Assembly: GCA_026710055.1 (NCBI GenBank)
Contig: JAPORV010000439.1
Span: 1 to 61,903, forward strand
Length of the DNA: 61,903 nt
From: Aestuariivita sp.
GTDB lineage: Bacteria > Pseudomonadota > Alphaproteobacteria > Rhodobacterales > Rhodobacteraceae
Direction of reading: 5' to 3'
The position numbers and the translations under genes were made by a program. The notes below the pieces were generated by a model, which worked only from the letters and a program-made list of their open reading frames with translations, was not told the origin of the DNA and did not search any database. Numbering within the stretch: the stretch's first letter is position 1; the number at the start of each line of letters is the position of its first letter. Below are positions 61,108 through 61,903 of the stretch, in pieces.

Positions 61108-61635
61108 TCAGCGGTGCCGGGACTGAACGCGGGCCATCAGATCGCTGAAAACCCACAGCCCGATGGCGATCATCAGAGAGGCAAAGACAATTCCGGCCAT
61201 GATCAGGTTTGTAAACGCCCAGACAACGGTGGCGAGCATCAGCATCACGCCGGTGACGTTCAGCCATGCGACAAACACCGCGTCGGCGGACGGTGGATCA
61301 TCATATCCTACAAACGCCCATGCTTTCATGTAAGCCGGCGGATGTTCGGCCGGCAAGGACCGTGGGGTTTGGATTGCGAGACGGCGCATGGCGAAATAGT
61401 AGGGGTCGATTTCAAAAATCGCGCGCAACCAGCGCACGCCGCCGAAGAACATCAGCAGCCCTCCAGTGACGCCGGTGACATTGATGCCAAACACCACAAT
61501 AATCAGGAAGGCGATGATGCCGACCAAAGTCAGGAAAGGAATGCGTTCACATCCCAGAATTTGCGGGGGCGCAATCAGGTGTGCCTCAAAACGGCCAACG
61601 GGCGGAAACACTGCAGTGTCATTACTGTCGGACAT
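61108..61635 (-). CDS. Polytopic membrane protein, unknown (faint VirB3/TrbD-like N-terminus)
   Basis: 175 aa with four hydrophobic segments. LIAPPQILGCERIPFLTLVGI...EIDPYY loosely recalls VirB3, but no virB4-like gene follows. Confidence 0.4.
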   Translation of the reverse strand: MSDSNDTAVFPPVGRFEAHLIAPPQILGCERIPFLTLVGIIAFLIIVVFGINVTGVTGGLLMFFGGVRWLRAIFEIDPYYFAMRRLAIQTPRSLPAEHPPAYMKAWAFVGYDDPPSADAVFVAWLNVTGVMLMLATVVWAFTNLIMAGIVFASLMIAIGLWVFSDLMARVQSRHR

Positions 61636-61676
61636 CGGACGGGAACCTCCTGTTTCGTAACGTCTGTCAACGCTGT

Positions 61677-61898
61677 TTATGATACGAGTCGCGTTGCCAA
61701 CGTTTGTTCCACATACTTTGGATCAGCTGCGATAATCCAGGCAAAAGCAACGGCATGTTCAGGTGGCATTATTTTGACGTCCTCCCAATCTCGTAGTGTG
61801 GTGACTGAAACACGCATTAACGCCGCAAATTCGGTCTGTGTCATCCCTAGAGATGTTCGCGATGTCCGAATATTGCGTGCGCGATACCCGCATTCCAA
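61677..61898 (-). CDS. XRE-family helix-turn-helix protein (possibly 5'-partial at window edge)
   Basis: LGMTQTEFAALMRVSVTTLRDWE is a typical XRE HTH. The tracked start is a TTG 5 nt from the window end, so the true start may lie outside the window. Confidence 0.6.
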   Translation of the reverse strand: MECGYRARNIRTSRTSLGMTQTEFAALMRVSVTTLRDWEDVKIMPPEHAVAFAWIIAADPKYVEQTLATRLVS

Positions 61899-61903
61899 AT
61901 CAT

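Noticed and set aside
61108-61635. Calling this membrane protein VirB3/TrbD and inferring a T4SS operon at the window edge.
   Set aside because: The resemblance is limited to a short N-terminal pattern. The protein is much longer than VirB3. No virB4-like gene follows it, and the next gene is a convergent nuclease gene. It is kept only as an unknown membrane protein.
1-61903. rRNA, tRNA or tmRNA genes.
   Set aside because: I saw no stretches with the characteristic conserved tRNA arms (GTTCRANYC T-loop context) or rRNA-like sequence. Intergenic regions are short except for AT-rich spacers that are explained by oriT, parS and decayed genes. A tRNAscan or Infernal run would be needed to be certain.

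Overview
This window looks like part of a large alphaproteobacterial conjugative plasmid. The evidence is a repABC replication/partition cassette with GTTTACAGCTGTAAAC-type parS palindromes. The window has four blocks. (1) 0-19 kb is a DNA-transfer block: a lytic transglycosylase, a TraG/VirD4 coupling protein fused to a primase-like Toprim domain, a TraF peptidase, a TraD-like protein, a 3555-aa MOBQ TraA relaxase with an internally duplicated helicase module, and a candidate oriT. (2) 19.3-35.8 kb starts with a serine recombinase and continues as a visibly lower-GC block. It carries a HEPN/AbiU2-like gene, IS remnants and a tightly overlapping five-gene operon (DUF5131, GHKL::histidine-kinase fusion, receiver-like protein, HNH nuclease, N6-adenine methyltransferase). 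I regard that operon as a candidate undescribed defence system. The block also holds decayed gene fragments, repABC with a candidate ctRNA, and a 7-site parS array. (3) 35.8-40.3 kb has an IS remnant, a class II ribonucleotide reductase split by one in-frame TAG, and a second divergent RepC-like gene. (4) 40.4-60.4 kb is a type IVb (R64 thin-pilus / PAPI-1-like) pilus cluster. Its centre (44.3-52.3 kb) is filled with unknown secreted proteins and eight small antisense genes from two families of tail-anchored coiled-coil proteins. These small genes come with remnants, duplicated modules and a cassette-like insertion flanked by 59-bp direct repeats. No rRNA, tRNA or CRISPR array was seen. All homology calls rest on motifs read by eye, not on database searches.
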